The notes beneath the pieces were generated by a model. That model searched no databases, was not told the DNA's origin, and saw only the letters and a list, made by a program, of their open reading frames with translations. Positions 47,936 through 61,961 of a stretch of DNA of 64,000 nucleotides are shown here, piece after piece. A program made the position numbers and the translations under genes. The stretch is from Mobula hypostoma (taxonomy: Eukaryota). Numbering within the stretch: the first letter of the stretch is position 1; every line of letters starts with the position of its first letter. The DNA is taken from positions 33,544,001 to 33,608,000 of the forward strand of contig NC_086109.1 of assembly GCF_963921235.1 (NCBI RefSeq). The letters are read 5' to 3'.

Positions 47936-49875
47936 GGATTAGACTGCTCTACACAGACATCCGTAGTGCAGTCCAGGTCAACGGGTGGGAAACTGACAGC
48001 TTCCCCATCAGGTCTGGAGTCAGGCAGGGCTGCCCTCTCTCTCCTGTCTTGTTTGTCTGCTGCATAGAACCGTTTGCTGAAGCCATCAGGAGGGATGAGG
48101 GCATAAGAGGGGTGACGCTGCCAGGCAGTGGAGGGACCCAAGTGAAAACCTCCCTGTACATGGACGACGTCAACGTCTTCTGCTCTGATCTGAGGTCAGT
48201 TCGCAGGTTGATTGGCATCTGCGAACAGTTTGAGCTAGCGTCGGGGGCCAGGGTCAACTGCACGAAGAGCGAAGCCATGCTCTTCGGCAACTGGCCCGAC
48301 CGATCCAGTGTACCCTTCACCATCAGGTCTGACCACGTGAAGGTGTTGGGGATCTGGTTCGGAGGGGCAGAGGCGTGCAACAAGAACTGGCAGGAGCGGA
48401 CTGCCAAGGTGAAACAGAAACTGGGACTGTGGGGAGGGCACTCCCTATTGATAACGGGTAAGAACCTGGTCATCAGGTGTGAGGTGCTCTCAGGGCTGCT
48501 GTACTTGGCGCAGGTGTGGCCCGTCCCCCACTCCTATGGCTTGGGAATCACCCGAGCTGTCTTCAGATTCATCTGGGGATCCAAAATGGAGCGGGTCAGA
48601 CAGACCGTCACGCACAAGTCCCTGGACAACGGGGGCAAGAACGTCCCCAATGTCGCCCTCACCCTGATGGCCAGCTTCATGTGTGGCTGCATCAGGCTGT
48701 GCATGGATCCCAGATATGTGGGCACAAAGTACCACTATGTGCCCAGGTTCTACCTGTCGCCCTGGCTACGAAGGATGGGTCTGGCCCCTTTCCCGCACAA
48801 CACCCCTGTCAGCTGGTCATTGCTCCATACCTGTCCTTTGTAGAAAAGTTCTTTCAGGCCAACACCTTTGACCATAAGGCAATTAATTAGACAGAGGTCG
48901 GCATGTAATGTCCTGCAGGCACTGCAGGCGAAGGATGAGATGGACACAGTGGGGTGGTTCCCTGAGCAGACTGTCCAGTATATCTGGCAAATTGCATCAT
49001 CACCAGACCTCACCAACAGGCACAAAGACCTCGCCTGGCTGGCGGTGAGAGGGGCCCTCCCAGTCAGATCCCTCCTGTACGCTCGGAACGTCGTCTCCAC
49101 ACCCTGTTGCCTGTGGGAGGACTGTAATGGGGTGGAGTCGGTGACTCACCTTTTTGCACACTTTTCGTTCATGAAGAAGGTGTGGAGGAGGATAGAAGGG
49201 ACGGTGTTAAGATTCATGCCCAGCAGCTGCGTTACCGAGGACTCCTTGATCTACTGGCTGTTCCCGGGGACACACACGGAGACAAACATCCAGTGCTGCT
49301 GGCAGATCATCAACTCGGTGAAGGACGCTCTTTGGTCTGCCCGAAACTTGATGGTCTACCAGCACATGGAGATGTCCATGACTGAATGCTGCCAACTGGC
49401 TCATTCTTGCCTGCAGGAGTACGTGCTGAGGGATGCACTCAAGCTTGGTGCGGCCAAGGCAAAGGACCACAGTTTAAGGTTTTCACCTGTGGGAGTGGGA
49501 GGGGTCGGGTGGGCAGGAGAATACCCCTCATCAGCGGTGTGGATAGATGAATCAACATGGTGCCCCAGGAGTGGCTGGAATTGTGTAGACCATTAAAGAA
49601 CTTTGGAAAAGGAATTAGAGCCAACGCTGGTTTTTTATTGTTAATAATTTTATTGTAAATAAGTCTTAATTCTTGACTAAGATTTGAGAGTCAATGAACG
49701 ATTTATTGTAAACATCTTTCATTTGAATATGGACTGAGAGTCAACACATAATTTTATTGTAAATAACTTTATTTATTGAATAAGGACAGAGTCAATGAAT
49801 GTTTTTTTATGCAAATAAATTTATTTTGTAATATTTCTGAATAAAGTATTTTTGGAAAAAAAAGAAGGAAAAAAA
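47936..49875 (+). mobile_element. 5'-truncated Tx1/L1-clade LINE with poly(A) and TSD
   Basis: [17 protein letters not shown] and C-terminal C...C...ESVTHLF; AATAAA at about 49840, A-rich tail at 49856-49875; TSD GTTTCTATT at 47927-47935 and 49876-49884. Confidence 0.95.
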
Positions 49876-50279
49876 GTTTCTATTTATGTTCCAAAATTTC
49901 AGGTTCAACAATTAGTGAGGTTGTGGGTGACACCAAAATGAGTGTGTGGTGAAAATGAGGGGTTCCTGAGTTTACAATGAGATGGAGACCTCCTAGGAAA
50001 GTGGGCCAGAGAATGGCATATGGAACTTAACTGGACAAGTAAGATTTTGGTAAGTTAAACCAGAGTAGAACATACAGAGTGAATGCTGGGCCCAGGGAGA
50101 GTTGTAGAACAGAGAAATTGAGGGGTAGAAGTACAGAGCTCTCTTAAAGAGACGACACAGGTAAACAGGGCAGTGGATGGATTCTCATGTGGTGTAAATC
50201 TGTGACTCTGTGTAGATGGTCGTCAATTGTCCAGTTGTAAGCCTGTGAATTTACTTTCTCTTTCTTCTCCCAGAGTAAC

Positions 50280-52922
50280 AAGACTGTTTAGAGGATTGGG
50301 AAGCTTTTAAAAACCAACAGAAGGCAACAAAAAGTGGACAAAGATGGAATATGAAGGTAAGCTAGACAAAAATATTAAGGAGAATACCAGAAGTTTCTTG
50401 AGAGGCGAGAGTAAATATTGAACTGCTGGCAAATGATGTTGGAGAGGAAGGAATGGGCGAGAAGGAAATGGCGAATGAACTGAATAAATATTTTGCGTCA
50501 GTCTTCACTGTGAAAGACACTAGCTGCATTTCAGAAGTTCAAGTGTGTCAGGAGCTGAAGTGAGTGAACTTGCGATTGCTAAGGAGAAGATGCTTAGGAA
50601 TCTGAAAGCTCTGAAGACGGATAGATCACCTAGACCAGATGGTCTGCACTCTACGGTTCTGAAAGAGGTGGCTGACAAGTTTGTGGAGGCAAAAGTAATG
50701 ATCTTTCAAGAACGTATAGATTCTGGCATGGTTCTGGAGGGCTGGAAAATTACAAATTTCTTTCCATTCTTCAAGAATGGAGACAGACAGAAGAAGAGAA
50801 ATTATAAGCCGGTTAGTCTGACCTCAGTGGTTGGGAACTTGTTAGAGTCAATTGTTAAGGATGTAGTTAAGGACTTGGAGGCACATGATAAAATAGGCAG
50901 TAGTCAGCATGGTTTCAAAAAGGGGAAATCTTGCCTGACGAATCTATTAGAATTCTTTGAGGAAATCACAAGGAGGATAGTCAAAGGAGAATCAGTGGAT
51001 GTTACGTACTTGGAATTTCAGAAGGTCTTTGACAAGTGTGCACATGAGGCTTCTTAACACGTTGAGAACCCATGGTGTTACAAGAAAGATACTAGCATGG
51101 ATGGGAGTACAGGCTAATTGTCAGGAGGCAAAGAGTGGGAATAAAAGGAGCCTTTTCTGCTTGGCTCCTGGTGGCTATGGTGATCCACAGGGTCTGTGTT
51201 GGGACCGCTTCTTTTTACATTATAAGTCAATGATTTTCCTGATGGAGTAAGTGGTTTTGTGGCCAGGTTTGCAGACAAGACAAAGGTAGGTGGAGGGGCT
51301 GGTAGTTTAGAAGAAGCAGGGATGCTACATAAGGACTTAGACAGACTAAGAGACAGGATAAAGAAGTAGCAGATGGAATACAGTGTTGGGAAGTGCATGG
51401 TTATGCATTTTGGTACAAGAAATGAAAGTGTAGACTATTGTTTAAATGGAGAGAAAGTTCAAAAATCTGAGGCTCAAAGTGACTTGGGAGTCCTCATGCA
51501 GGATGCCCTAAAGGTAATTTGCAGGCTGAATTGGTGGTGAGAAAGACAAGAGCAATGTTAGCATTCATTTTTTTAAAAAATTATTCATTTATGGGATGTG
51601 GGCATCGGCAGCTAAGCCAACATTTATTGCCCATCCCTAGTTGCTCTTAAGAAGGTGGTGATGAGTTGGGCCCACTAGTCATCGGCAGCCAAGCAGAAAG
51701 GCTCCTTTTATTCCCACACTTTGCCTCCTGAAAATCAGCCTGTATTTCAAGAAAACTAGAATATAAAATCAAGGATGCAAGGTTGAGTGTTTATAAGACA
51801 CAAGTGAGGCTTCATTTGGAGATGTTTGGGCCCAATATTTAAGAAAAATATTCCTCGCATTGGAAAAGCTTCAAAGGAGGTAGTCAAAAGTAATCACAAA
51901 CAAGATAAAATCTGCAGATGCTGGAAGTCCAAGCAACACACACAAAATGCTGGAGGAACTCAGCAGGCCAGGCAGCATCTATGGAAAAGAGTACAGTCGA
52001 TGTTGGGCCGAAACCTTTGTCAGGACTGAAGAAAGAAAGCTGAGGAGAAGGTTTAAAACATGGGGGGAGCGGAGAGAGAAACACATGATTGGTGAAATGG
52101 GAAGGATGAAGTAAAGAGCTGGGAAGCTGATTGGTAAAAGAGATACAGGGCTGGAGAAGGGGGAGTCTGTTAGGAGAGGACAGAAGGCCATAGAAGAAAG
52201 AAAAGGTGGCAGGAGCACCAGAGGGAGGTGAAGGGTGAGCAAAGGGTTTAAGACAAAAGAGGGAAAAGGGGATGGAGAATGGTGAAGGAGAGGGGGGTAT
52301 GGGGGCATTACCAGAAGTTCGAGAACTCGATGTTCATGCTATCAGGTTGGAAGCTACCCAGACGGAATATAAGGTGTTGTTTCTTCAACTTGAGTGTCGC
52401 CTCATATTCTTTTCCAGAGATGCTGCCTGGCCTGCTGAGTTACTTCAGCATTTTGTGTGTGTCATAAAAAATTCTGGGATTGAAAGGCTTATCATATGAG
52501 GAGTGTTTGATGGCTCTGGGCTTGTTCTCACTGGAATTCAGAATAATGAAAGGAGAATTCAATGAAAACTTACCAATGTTGGAAGCCCTTAAGAGAGTGA
52601 ATGTGGAGAGGACTCTCTGATAGGAGAGTCTAAAATCAGAGGACACATCCCCAGAACAGAGGAAGGTCCATTTAGTATGGAGATGAGGAGGAATTCCTTT
52701 AGCCAGACTGTGGTGAATCTGAGGAGTTTGTCACCTCAGGCAGCTGTGGAGACCAAGTCATTGCATATATTTAAGGCAGAGGTTCATAGGTTCTTGATTG
52801 GTCAGGGCAGGAAGGGAAATGGGGAGAAGTCAGGAGATTGGGACTGAGAGGGAAATAATGAAAAGGTGGAGCATTTTAGATGGAGTGAATGGCATAATTC
52901 TGCCCCAAGATTTTATGGTCTA
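50280..52922 (+). mobile_element. CR1 LINE ORF2 remnant to the 3' end, interrupted by Penelope at about 51895-52463
   Basis: NYKPVSLTSVVG, SQHGFKKGKSCLTNLLEFFEE and FADKTKVGG; CR1 3' terminus at about 52880-52922. Confidence 0.9.
51895..52463 (-). mobile_element. Penelope-like element 3' fragment (second subfamily) with a short inverted end
   Basis: GATGTTCATGCTATCAGGTTGGAAGCTACCCAGACGGAATATAAGGTGTTG matches the GIY-YIG end. 52410-52462 mirrors 51935-51985. Confidence 0.88.
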
Positions 52923-54321
52923 TGATGATGGCTGAAAATGTCCCATAGCACATGAAACAGACAACACTTGATTGTTAGGTGATTCCTGGTTCGGTGAGTG
53001 AACTCCCACATATGTACGCCACGTGGAGTTAATCACTGCTTTTCATAGGCTCAGCGGTCCAAACTTGGTGGTGAATTGTGAAGCAAGCGAGCTGGTATCG
53101 CTGCAATTGGAATGGTGGAGATATCTAAGTCTCCATCTGCTTAAACACCTTAAAACGATGTTATATTCTGTTCTGTCCATGGCTTTAGCTGGGTACTTCA
53201 GCTGTAGCAGTCTGAAAAGGGAATATTTGATGATTTCCATCGGAAACTACTTACACAACTTGCCTACTTAATGATGCCCGGAAGTTGATGGATTGACCAT
53301 ATATGTAAAGAATAAAAAAGCATCGAATGGTTTATACTTGTAAATATATTTATTATGAATATGGCATATTTTATTTTAAAAAAGGTACGGGATCTCCTCT
53401 TAGGAAGGTATGTTGTGTAGATCTCAACATAAGACTGCTTCAGGGTTTCCAGCTCCAGATTTTTCCTCCGAATTTACTTTCAAAGCCATCCCATGAATGT
53501 GTATATCCACAAGACAGTGGAGGTTTGAGAATGGAGATTTCCTTCTCCTAGATCAGCTAGCAACCATGGCCGACAAGGCCAATCTGCCAAAACAACTGGT
53601 TTTAAGGTGCCAATAACCCGCCTTTGATACTTCTCCTATCAGTAGAAACAGTTCAGCTGGGCTTATTAGCTAAGTCACACGTGGAGGCCAGGAGCTGGTC
53701 TTGGTTGTCAGAGACTACTTGAGGTGTACGCCATTGAGAACATTTAATGGGTATTAGGTTATCCCTATTACCACCTCCCATCCCACAGCTATATGACAGA
53801 CATAAGCAACTGTTGGTTTAAAGATAATAATGCAGAAGGATAGGATTGGTCCTTGTATTGTGATGCTAAATTGGTGGCATCTGGTAGAGGTCGCTTGGGA
53901 TACGTTGTTTGCTGGCAAAGAGATTCTTGGTAAGTGGGAGGTTTTCAAAAGTGAAATATTGAGAGCACAGAATTTGTATGTTCCTTTTGTTGTAAAAGGC
54001 AAGGCTGACAGGTTTAGAGAATGTTGGTTACTGAGGGATATTAAGACCCTGTTTAAGAAAAGGAAGGATGGTTAGGATCAAGTGAGGCACATGAGGAGTA
54101 TGAGAAATGCAAGAGACCTCTTAAGAGAGAAATTAGGAAGGTAAAAGAGGACACAAGGTTACAGTGTAGTGCAAGATGAAAGAAAATCCTAAAGGTTTCT
54201 ATTGCTATCTTAAGAGCAAAAAGATAGCAAAAGACAAAGTTGGTCCTCTTGAAGATCTGCAAGGTCATCTATGAATGGAACTAAAGGAGAGAGAGGAAAG
54301 ATGGATTTTTTTGTATCAGTA

Positions 54322-55881
54322 CAGCTTTCCCCCGCCATCCGAAGGTAGAACGTTCCTATGAAACGGTTCGTATGCCGAAATGTCGTAAAGCAAAGAAGCA
54401 ATTACCGTTTATTTATATGGGAAAATTTTGTGAGCATTCGCAGACCCAAAAATAACCTACCAAATCATGCCAAATAACACATAAAACCTAAAATAACAGT
54501 AACATATAGTAAAAGCAGGAATGATATGATAAATACACAGCCTATATAAAGTAGAAATACTTTTCCACGATCATTACTGAACTGTTCTCCGGAGCGAAAA
54601 TCTCATGCAAGCGCCATCGGCAGAAAATCTCACGCAAGCGCCGTTGGCAAAAACACGCGCAAGCGCTCTCCAGTAACCTTTAAGCTATGAAGCTGCCAAA
54701 TCATACCAAATAACACGTAAAAATACACAGCCTATATAAAGTAGAAATAATGTATGTACAGTGTAGTATCACTTACAGGAATCAGGACAGCGCCGAGCAC
54801 ACTGATGATGGTGTGTTAGACTGAGTCGTCGGAATTTGGGTGGTGCAGTGGCCTCCCACCCTCCAGGCTGCTGAGTGATACATTGCTGCGAAAAATGCAG
54901 GGGTCCAGCGGCAGCCGGGAGGTACACAGCACATCTTTAAGAAAAAAGCCGAAACAAACATGCTAATTAATTAGGTGCCGCCCGTAATTGTTGGCCCAGA
55001 TCGGTGCCGATTTCAGATTGCGTTGTCTCTGATTTGGGCCGACAATTACGTGTCGGCGGCACCTAATTAATTAGCATGTTTATTTTGGCTTTTTTCTTAA
55101 AGATGTGCTGTGTGCCTCCCGGCTACCTTTGCATTCTCCGCGAATCGGTATCTGTCCGTAGCCTGGGGATTGGGGTGGTGGGACACTGGGGTGTCATCTC
55201 GTCGCCTGTTTCCATTAGGGCAGGCAGCTCATCTTCTCCTATGACTGCCCGCCTCGATGTCGAAGGTCGAGGTTCGTCGTCTGCTGTGGCTGATGTGGAA
55301 GGCTTGCTTGACTGCTGAGCCTCGCGCATTTTTCTATCACACAGTTCTTTAATAAGGACTCAAACCATCCTGCAAGTATCCCCTAAACCGACGTACCCTT
55401 TCAAAATTAAAGTTGTACTTTATCATTACTCATTCAGTTTCGATTGTTATCCTTTTTTCTTCCAATTGCATCAGCTCTTCATCTGTCAGTTCTTGGTGCT
55501 GGGATGCCAAAACCTCTTCAACATCATCTTCGTCAACTTCCACAAGCCAAACTCACGTTGTCCTTACTTCGTTCACCACGATCAAAACGCTTAATTATGT
55601 CTAGTTTTACCGTAAGTGTAACACCCTTACGAGCTCTTTCAGGCTTTTCCGATACCATAGAACTCATCTTGCAAACGGCTGCTCACAGGCACGTGTTTAA
55701 GCAATGCCGGCGAGAATCCGGGGGAGAATGGCTGCTCAGGGTGCGCTGCCTTTTATCGCGCGCTAATTTTTTTTTCGTAACAGTGAAAACACCTTCTGAA
55801 AGTGAAAGTAGGGTGCTGATGTAGATCTTTCATAACAGTGAGGTTTCGTAAAGCGAATGTTCGAAAAGCGGGGGACACCTG
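54322..55881 (-). mobile_element. Tigger/pogo-type non-autonomous DNA transposon inserted in a CR1
   Basis: TA TSD on both sides; TIRs CAGCTTTCCCCCGCCATCCGAA / TTCGAAAAGCGGGGGACACCTG. The minus-strand peptide VEVDEDDVEEVLASQHQELTDEELMQLEE is typical of Tigger transposase C-termini. Confidence 0.88.
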
Positions 55882-56179
55882 TATCTACTTGGGAGACAGA
55901 CACAGATTGTAGAACTGAGACAAAAGTGTAGTGAAATTGTGGACCATGTCTGGATTGTGGAAGAGGTGGTGCTGGCTGTCTTGAGGCAAATTTGATTGGA
56001 TAAATCGCCAGAGCCTGACAATGTGTCCCCTTGGACCTTATGTGAGGCTAACGCAGAAATTCTAAAAGCCCTAGCAGGAATAGTTAATACATCCTTATTC
56101 ATGGGCCTGCTGCTGGAGGACTGGAGGATTACTAACATTGATCCATCGTTCAAGAATGGTTCTTAGAAATAGCTAGGAA

Positions 56180-59100
56180 GAGGACTTCCGGTGGTGCTCC
56201 TGGTGTGAGGTCGTGTTTTAGATCCGCTCCACCACCTCTGATCTTTATCCTATGATCAGTTCCATTTAAGCTAACTTTTAAGGCACTGACCTTTACAATA
56301 TCTCGGAGTTGATTGTCATTATATATTTAGATGTTTTTAATGTCCGGTATGTCTAAGAACGGGAAAAACAGCAAACCTCCTGTCAGACCGAAAGTTACTG
56401 ACCCCGCTCCTGTTGTTGAACCGACGGTAACTATGCAAGCTATATCTGATTTGATCCGTGCGGAGATTTCATCTAAACTGGAGAGAATCATCAACGATAT
56501 TGATAAGCTGAAAAACAACTATCACTGAACATCAGACTGCCATATCTAAGCTCCAAGTTTATATGCAACAGAATGAACTTAAAATGGGAAAAATTGAAGA
56601 AACAATTGGTACAATGAAGAAACTACTTGAATTCCTTACCTTTAAAAATTCTGATTTAGAATGCAGAATGTGTCGTCAGAATATAAGAATTATTGGACTC
56701 AAAGAAGGTGTGGAATCTGAAGACCCTGTTAAGATTTTCTCTCAACTTTTAAAAGATTAATTTCCCACCTTGTTTCCCGATCAACCACCACTATTGGACA
56801 GGGCTCATAGAGTTCCACCGTATTCGTCTAAGTCAGACAAGCCTTGGCATGTTTTTATACAATTTCATTATTTTCAAGACAAGGAAAAGTTGCTCCGTTT
56901 TGCTCGAGTTAAAGGATACATTGATTTTTCGGATCTCTGCTTTCGATTGGTGGAGGACTTTAGCAAACAGGTTTGCCACCAACGTGTTCGTTATAGATCT
57001 GTGATGGCGGAATTCTACAAGATGGATTTAAAACCAGTTCTGTTATATCCCGCACGTTTGAGGATCCGAATGTCTGATAGGTCTCCCCGTTTTTTTCGAC
57101 TCTCCGTCAGATGCCCAGAGCTACCTGGATCAACTCTTGCCTTCAACATCCTAATCGCACTGTTAAACTATCAGTGCCTGATTGGAGGGTGTTAATCTGT
57201 CTGGTTTTATTTTCTTTTTTCTTTTTTTTGGCTCTATCTGAGGGCAGAATTTTTTTTTGTTTAATCAATATGGATGCCAGACTCTTTTTTAACTGCGTCA
57301 TTCCTTCTTCTTCCCTAGAGATTCTGGGTGGCCACTCCCACAGCATCATTTTTTGTACATACCTGGAGGCCTTAAACTTAGTAATTTTTTTTGCTAGTGT
57401 ATGCAGATATTTCATCTCCTTTCCTAATTATATGGTTTGGTGAATCTATTTTTTCTTTGTATTATATCTTTTTCTTTTTAGTCGGTGTACTTCTTGATTT
57501 TTTCACTCTTCTACTGTTTTTCAACTTTACCTGATCTTTTTTATATATACACTTTTTTACTGAGCATTTATCGGAAGTCATGGGGGTAGATTTAGTGCTT
57601 GCTTCTATCTGGCTAGTCTGTTTTAGATTTAGCTTTGGGGTTACGGGGTGGGGGTAGGGGGCTTCACTTTTTAGTTTTTTTTCTTCTTGGTCTACTGATA
57701 TATTATTGAAGTATTTTTCGTGTTGTCTTTCTCGTTATCTCATATTTACTCTATTCCCTTTCCGGGTTCGTGAGTTGAATCTATTGTCAATCCTCCCTAT
57801 ATCTGAGGGTTGACTTTAGGGGTTATGGATTCTACCAATAATTTTGTCTCTTGGAATAAAAACAGTCTTAATCATCCAATTAAAAGGAAAAAAATCTTCA
57901 AAGTATTCCGGAGACTTAAGGCACATATTTTATTTGTACAAGAGACCCATGTGTGGAGGGAGGGACAGATTACGTTTTTTTAAGTTCTGGAAGGGTTATC
58001 GATACCATTCGAATTCTAATGCCAAAGTAGAGGAGGTTCTATTTTCATAGATCCCTCAATTACACTTGTGCAAAAAGATATTATCTCTGAATCGAATGGT
58101 AGATTTTTACTGGTTAGTGGTTTACTTTTTAATAAAAAGGTAGTTCTGGTCAACATTTATGCTCCAAACTCGGACTGTCCAGAATTTTATAAATCTTTAT
58201 TAAATATGTTTCCAAATTTGAATGAGTTTACACTAATCTGGTGCGGAGATCTTAATACTCGTTTATCTCCACTATTGGACCGTTCGGCCCCTATACGGAC
58301 CGCACCCAATAAATCCGCAACCTTGATTAATTAATTTCTCTCAGATTCGGGGTTGACGGACATTTGGCGGTTTTTACATCCCCAGGAAAAATACTTCTCT
58401 TTTTCACATGTTCATCACTCTTATTCAAGAATTGTTTTTTTTTTAAATTGACTTTGGTCTTATTTCTTCAGTAGTTAAATGTGAATATGACTCTATAACC
58501 TTTTCGGACCATGCTCCACTTAAGCTTTCTATTAAATTATTGGCCAATGCTCATAACAATAGACAATGGCGTTTTAATTCACTGTTGCTTCAGGACTTGG
58601 ATTTTGTTAACTTCATGAATGAACAGATTGATCTTTTTTTTAACAATTAACAGTATAGAGGATATATCCATGAACACCCTTTGTGATACCTTCAAAGCTT
58701 ATATTCGTGGCCAGATCATTTCGTACTCTGCTGCTTTGAGGAAAAGGTTGAAGAAGGAAGAGCTTGCTCTTGTGGACAAGATTAAGGAAATAGAGAAGAA
58801 ATATGCTACAGCTCCTTCTGAGAAGCTGTATAAACAAAGAACTGAACTTCAAATGGAATACAGTTTATTACTTTCATCCTCTATTGCAAATCAATTAATG
58901 AAGACAAGAAGTGAATTTTATATACATAGTGACAAAGTTGGTAAACTGTTGGCTAATCTGTTGAAGACTAACTCCATTAAGTTTCAAGTTAATCAGATTT
59001 ATAATCAAGAAGATCAACTGACATTTGATCGAGCTGAGATTAATCAATCCTTCTTTGATTTTTATTCCTCTTTATATAAATCAGAATCTCCACCAGATTC

Positions 59101-61961
59101 TAAACATATGTGTGACTTTTTAGATAACCTAGACTTCCCTAAGATATCACATGATATATGTTCTATGTTAGAAACTTCCTTCACTACTGATGAGATTAAA
59201 AATGTTATTTTTTTCTATGAACTCGGGGAAAGCTCCGGCCCTGATGGGTTTACTGTGGAATTTTTAAAAATCTTTTGCACCCTCATTAGCCCCTGATTAT
59301 CCAGGGTTCTGGAGGCCTCATTAAAACTTGGTAAACTACCAGAATCCTTTTATAGAGCATCAGTTTCTTTAATATTAAAGAAGGATAAAGACCCTGCTCA
59401 ATGCGCATCTTATAGACCAATATCCTTGTTAAATGTTGACTCCAAGATTTTTTCTAAATTATTGGCTAATAGACTAGAAAAAGCACTTCCTTATATTATT
59501 TCGGAAGATCAAACAGGTTTTATTAAGAATCGCTACTCTTTTTGTAATATTTGTACCCTTTTAAATATTGTCCATGCCCCGTAACAAACTGATCCTGAAT
59601 GCATCTTTTCCCTAGACGCTGAAAAAGCCTTTGATAGGGTTGAATGGCCCTACTTATTTAAGGTGCTTGAAATGTTTAACCTCAGCCCGAAATTTATATC
59701 CTGGATTAAATTGTTATACCATTCTCCTATGACATCAGTTCGTACTAATACTCAAAACTCACCTTTTTTTCCTCTATTTCAAGGTACCAGACAAGGGTGT
59801 CCTCTTAGCCCTTTATTATTTGATATAGCATTAGAACCACTAGCAATTGCTATTTGAGAATCTCCTAACATTATTGGTATAACTCGTGGGTTAAAGTCTC
59901 ATAAAGTATCACTTTACGCTGATGACTTACTCTGATATATTTCCAATCCTCAAAAATCTATCCCAGCAGCTCTAGATTTATTAGCCCAATTTAGTCTTTT
60001 TTCAGGATACAAATTAAATCTTAATAAGAGTGAACTTTTCCCTATTAATAAGCAAGTTCCCTTATATCAGAACCTGCTGTTTAGATTGGTTAATAACCGT
60101 TTTTCATATCTTGGGATTAAAATTACCTGTAAACATAAGGATTTATTTAAGACTAATTATTTATCCTTAATTGACCATATCACACAACTTTCCTTTAAAT
60201 GGTCTCTACTTTATTTAACTTTGACTGGTCGTATTAATGCTGTTAAGATGTTTATTCTGCCAAAATTTTTATATATATTTCAGGCATTACCAATTTTTGT
60301 TCCAAAATCCTTTTTTGATAAAGTATACTCTAAAATCTCTTCATTTATTTGGCAAAATAAAAACCTGAGGTTGGGTAGAATACGTCTACAGAAAGCTAAG
60401 AGAGATGGAGGCTTGGCATTAGCTAACTTTAGATTTTATTGCTGGGTAGTTAATATTCGACACGTGAAATTTTGGTTACTTGTCCAAGATACACTATCCA
60501 TTCCTAAATGGGTAGTATTGGAATTACAATCTGTTCAAGGCTATGCACTTGGCTCTATATTAGGATCTCCTCTTCCTTCTGATTCGAAATGGTATAAGCA
60601 GGTTTGCAACCCGATAGTTAAATATACCTTACGTATCCGGTTTCAATTCCAAAAATTTTTTGATCTTAATCAATTTGTGCTAGCGATTCCTATTATTGGC
60701 AATTTATTTTTTCTCCCCTCCTCTACAGACTGTGCCTTTCAAATTTGGAAGACTAATGCTATATCATGGTTTTCTGACATTTTCAGATGGCTCCCTTATG
60801 TCTTTTGAACAGTTATCTAACAAATACAATTTACCGAGAACACATTTTTTTAGATATTTGCAAGTTAGAAATTTCCTAAATACCATACTCTCCTCCTTTC
60901 TGGCGTTATCCCCCACAAATATTTTAGACGCTATCATCAACCTTATCCCGTTTCAGAAAGGTGTAACGGCTACTACTTATAATACTACCATGAAATTTAG
61001 GAAAGCTCCATTTGACAAAATTAGGACTGACTGGGAAAGAGAATTGGATCTTACTATCCCGGCTGAGGACTGGGCCTATATTTTACAACTTGTTAATACT
61101 TCCTCTATCTGTTCCAAACACTCTTTAATTCAACTTAAATTTGTCCATAAAGCACATATGTCTAAAGATAAATTAGCTCGTTTTTACTCTCATATTATCC
61201 CTCTTTGTGATAGATGTCATGGGGAGATGGCTTCCATGACCCACATGTTTTGGTCTTGTCCTACTCTGGAAACTTTTTGGAAAGACATTTTTAATATTAT
61301 CTCAAAGGTTCTGAATAGTGATATTTCTCCTCATCCTATTACTGCTATCTTTGGATTACCTAAAACTTCTAGTAATTTACCCCCCTCAGCGCGTAGAATG
61401 ATTGCATTTCCTACTTTAATGGCGAAAAGATGTATTCTACAACACTGGAAGGAGATTAATGCCCCAACTATGTTTTTTTTGGTTCTCTCAAACGATACTG
61501 TGTCTAAATTTGGAGAAAATCAGAAGTAATCTTTATGATACTTGAGTTAAATTTGAACAGACCTGGAGATCATTTATTCAATATTTTCATTTAATGTAAC
61601 TATTTTTTCTCTCTGACCATATATACATTCCCTTCATGGATTTTATCTGTTATTAGCGGAGATTGGGTTTGAGGACGCGGTTGTTTAATTGTTCAAGTCT
61701 AGTATATACCTAGTTAGCCCTTTGCTTTGCTTTGTTAGGTTAGTTGCACGGTAGGTTTTTTTCTGTTTTTTTTCTCGTTCTTTTGGTATATATGAAAAAT
61801 TAGTATACAATTATATTACCTTGTTATTCTATAATTAACATGCGTTGTTTGTATTTTTTTGTATTAATATTACTTTTATATTTATATCCTAACAATGTAT
61901 TGGTTGCTGTATGTTTTACTCTTTGTGTACTAATTCAATAAAAAGATTTAAGAAGAAAGAA
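56180..61961 (+). mobile_element. Full-length L1-clade LINE (about 5.8 kb), inactivated
   Basis: 5' GAGGACTTCCGG. ORF1 (about 56349-57130): DLECRMCRQNIRIIGLKEG, LDRAHRV, LLYPARLRI. ORF2 (about 57824-61600): [35 protein letters not shown]....HMFWSC. AATAAA at 61937; 15-bp TSD AGAAATAGCTAGGAA at 56165-56179 and 61962-61976. Confidence 0.97.

Larger units (their letters stand above)
44470..50445 (+). repeat. Local segmental duplication, copy B (carries copy-specific Penelope and Tx1 insertions)
   Basis: 44470-45267 plus 47033-47690 match 28218-29303. 47838-47935 plus 49876-50445 match 38360-39027. Confidence 0.88.

Noticed and set aside
47800..48843. 347-aa ORF as an intact gene
   Set aside because: The first ~45 codons are flanking DNA read in frame into a 5'-truncated LINE RT beginning at 47936; a frameshift follows at about 48830.
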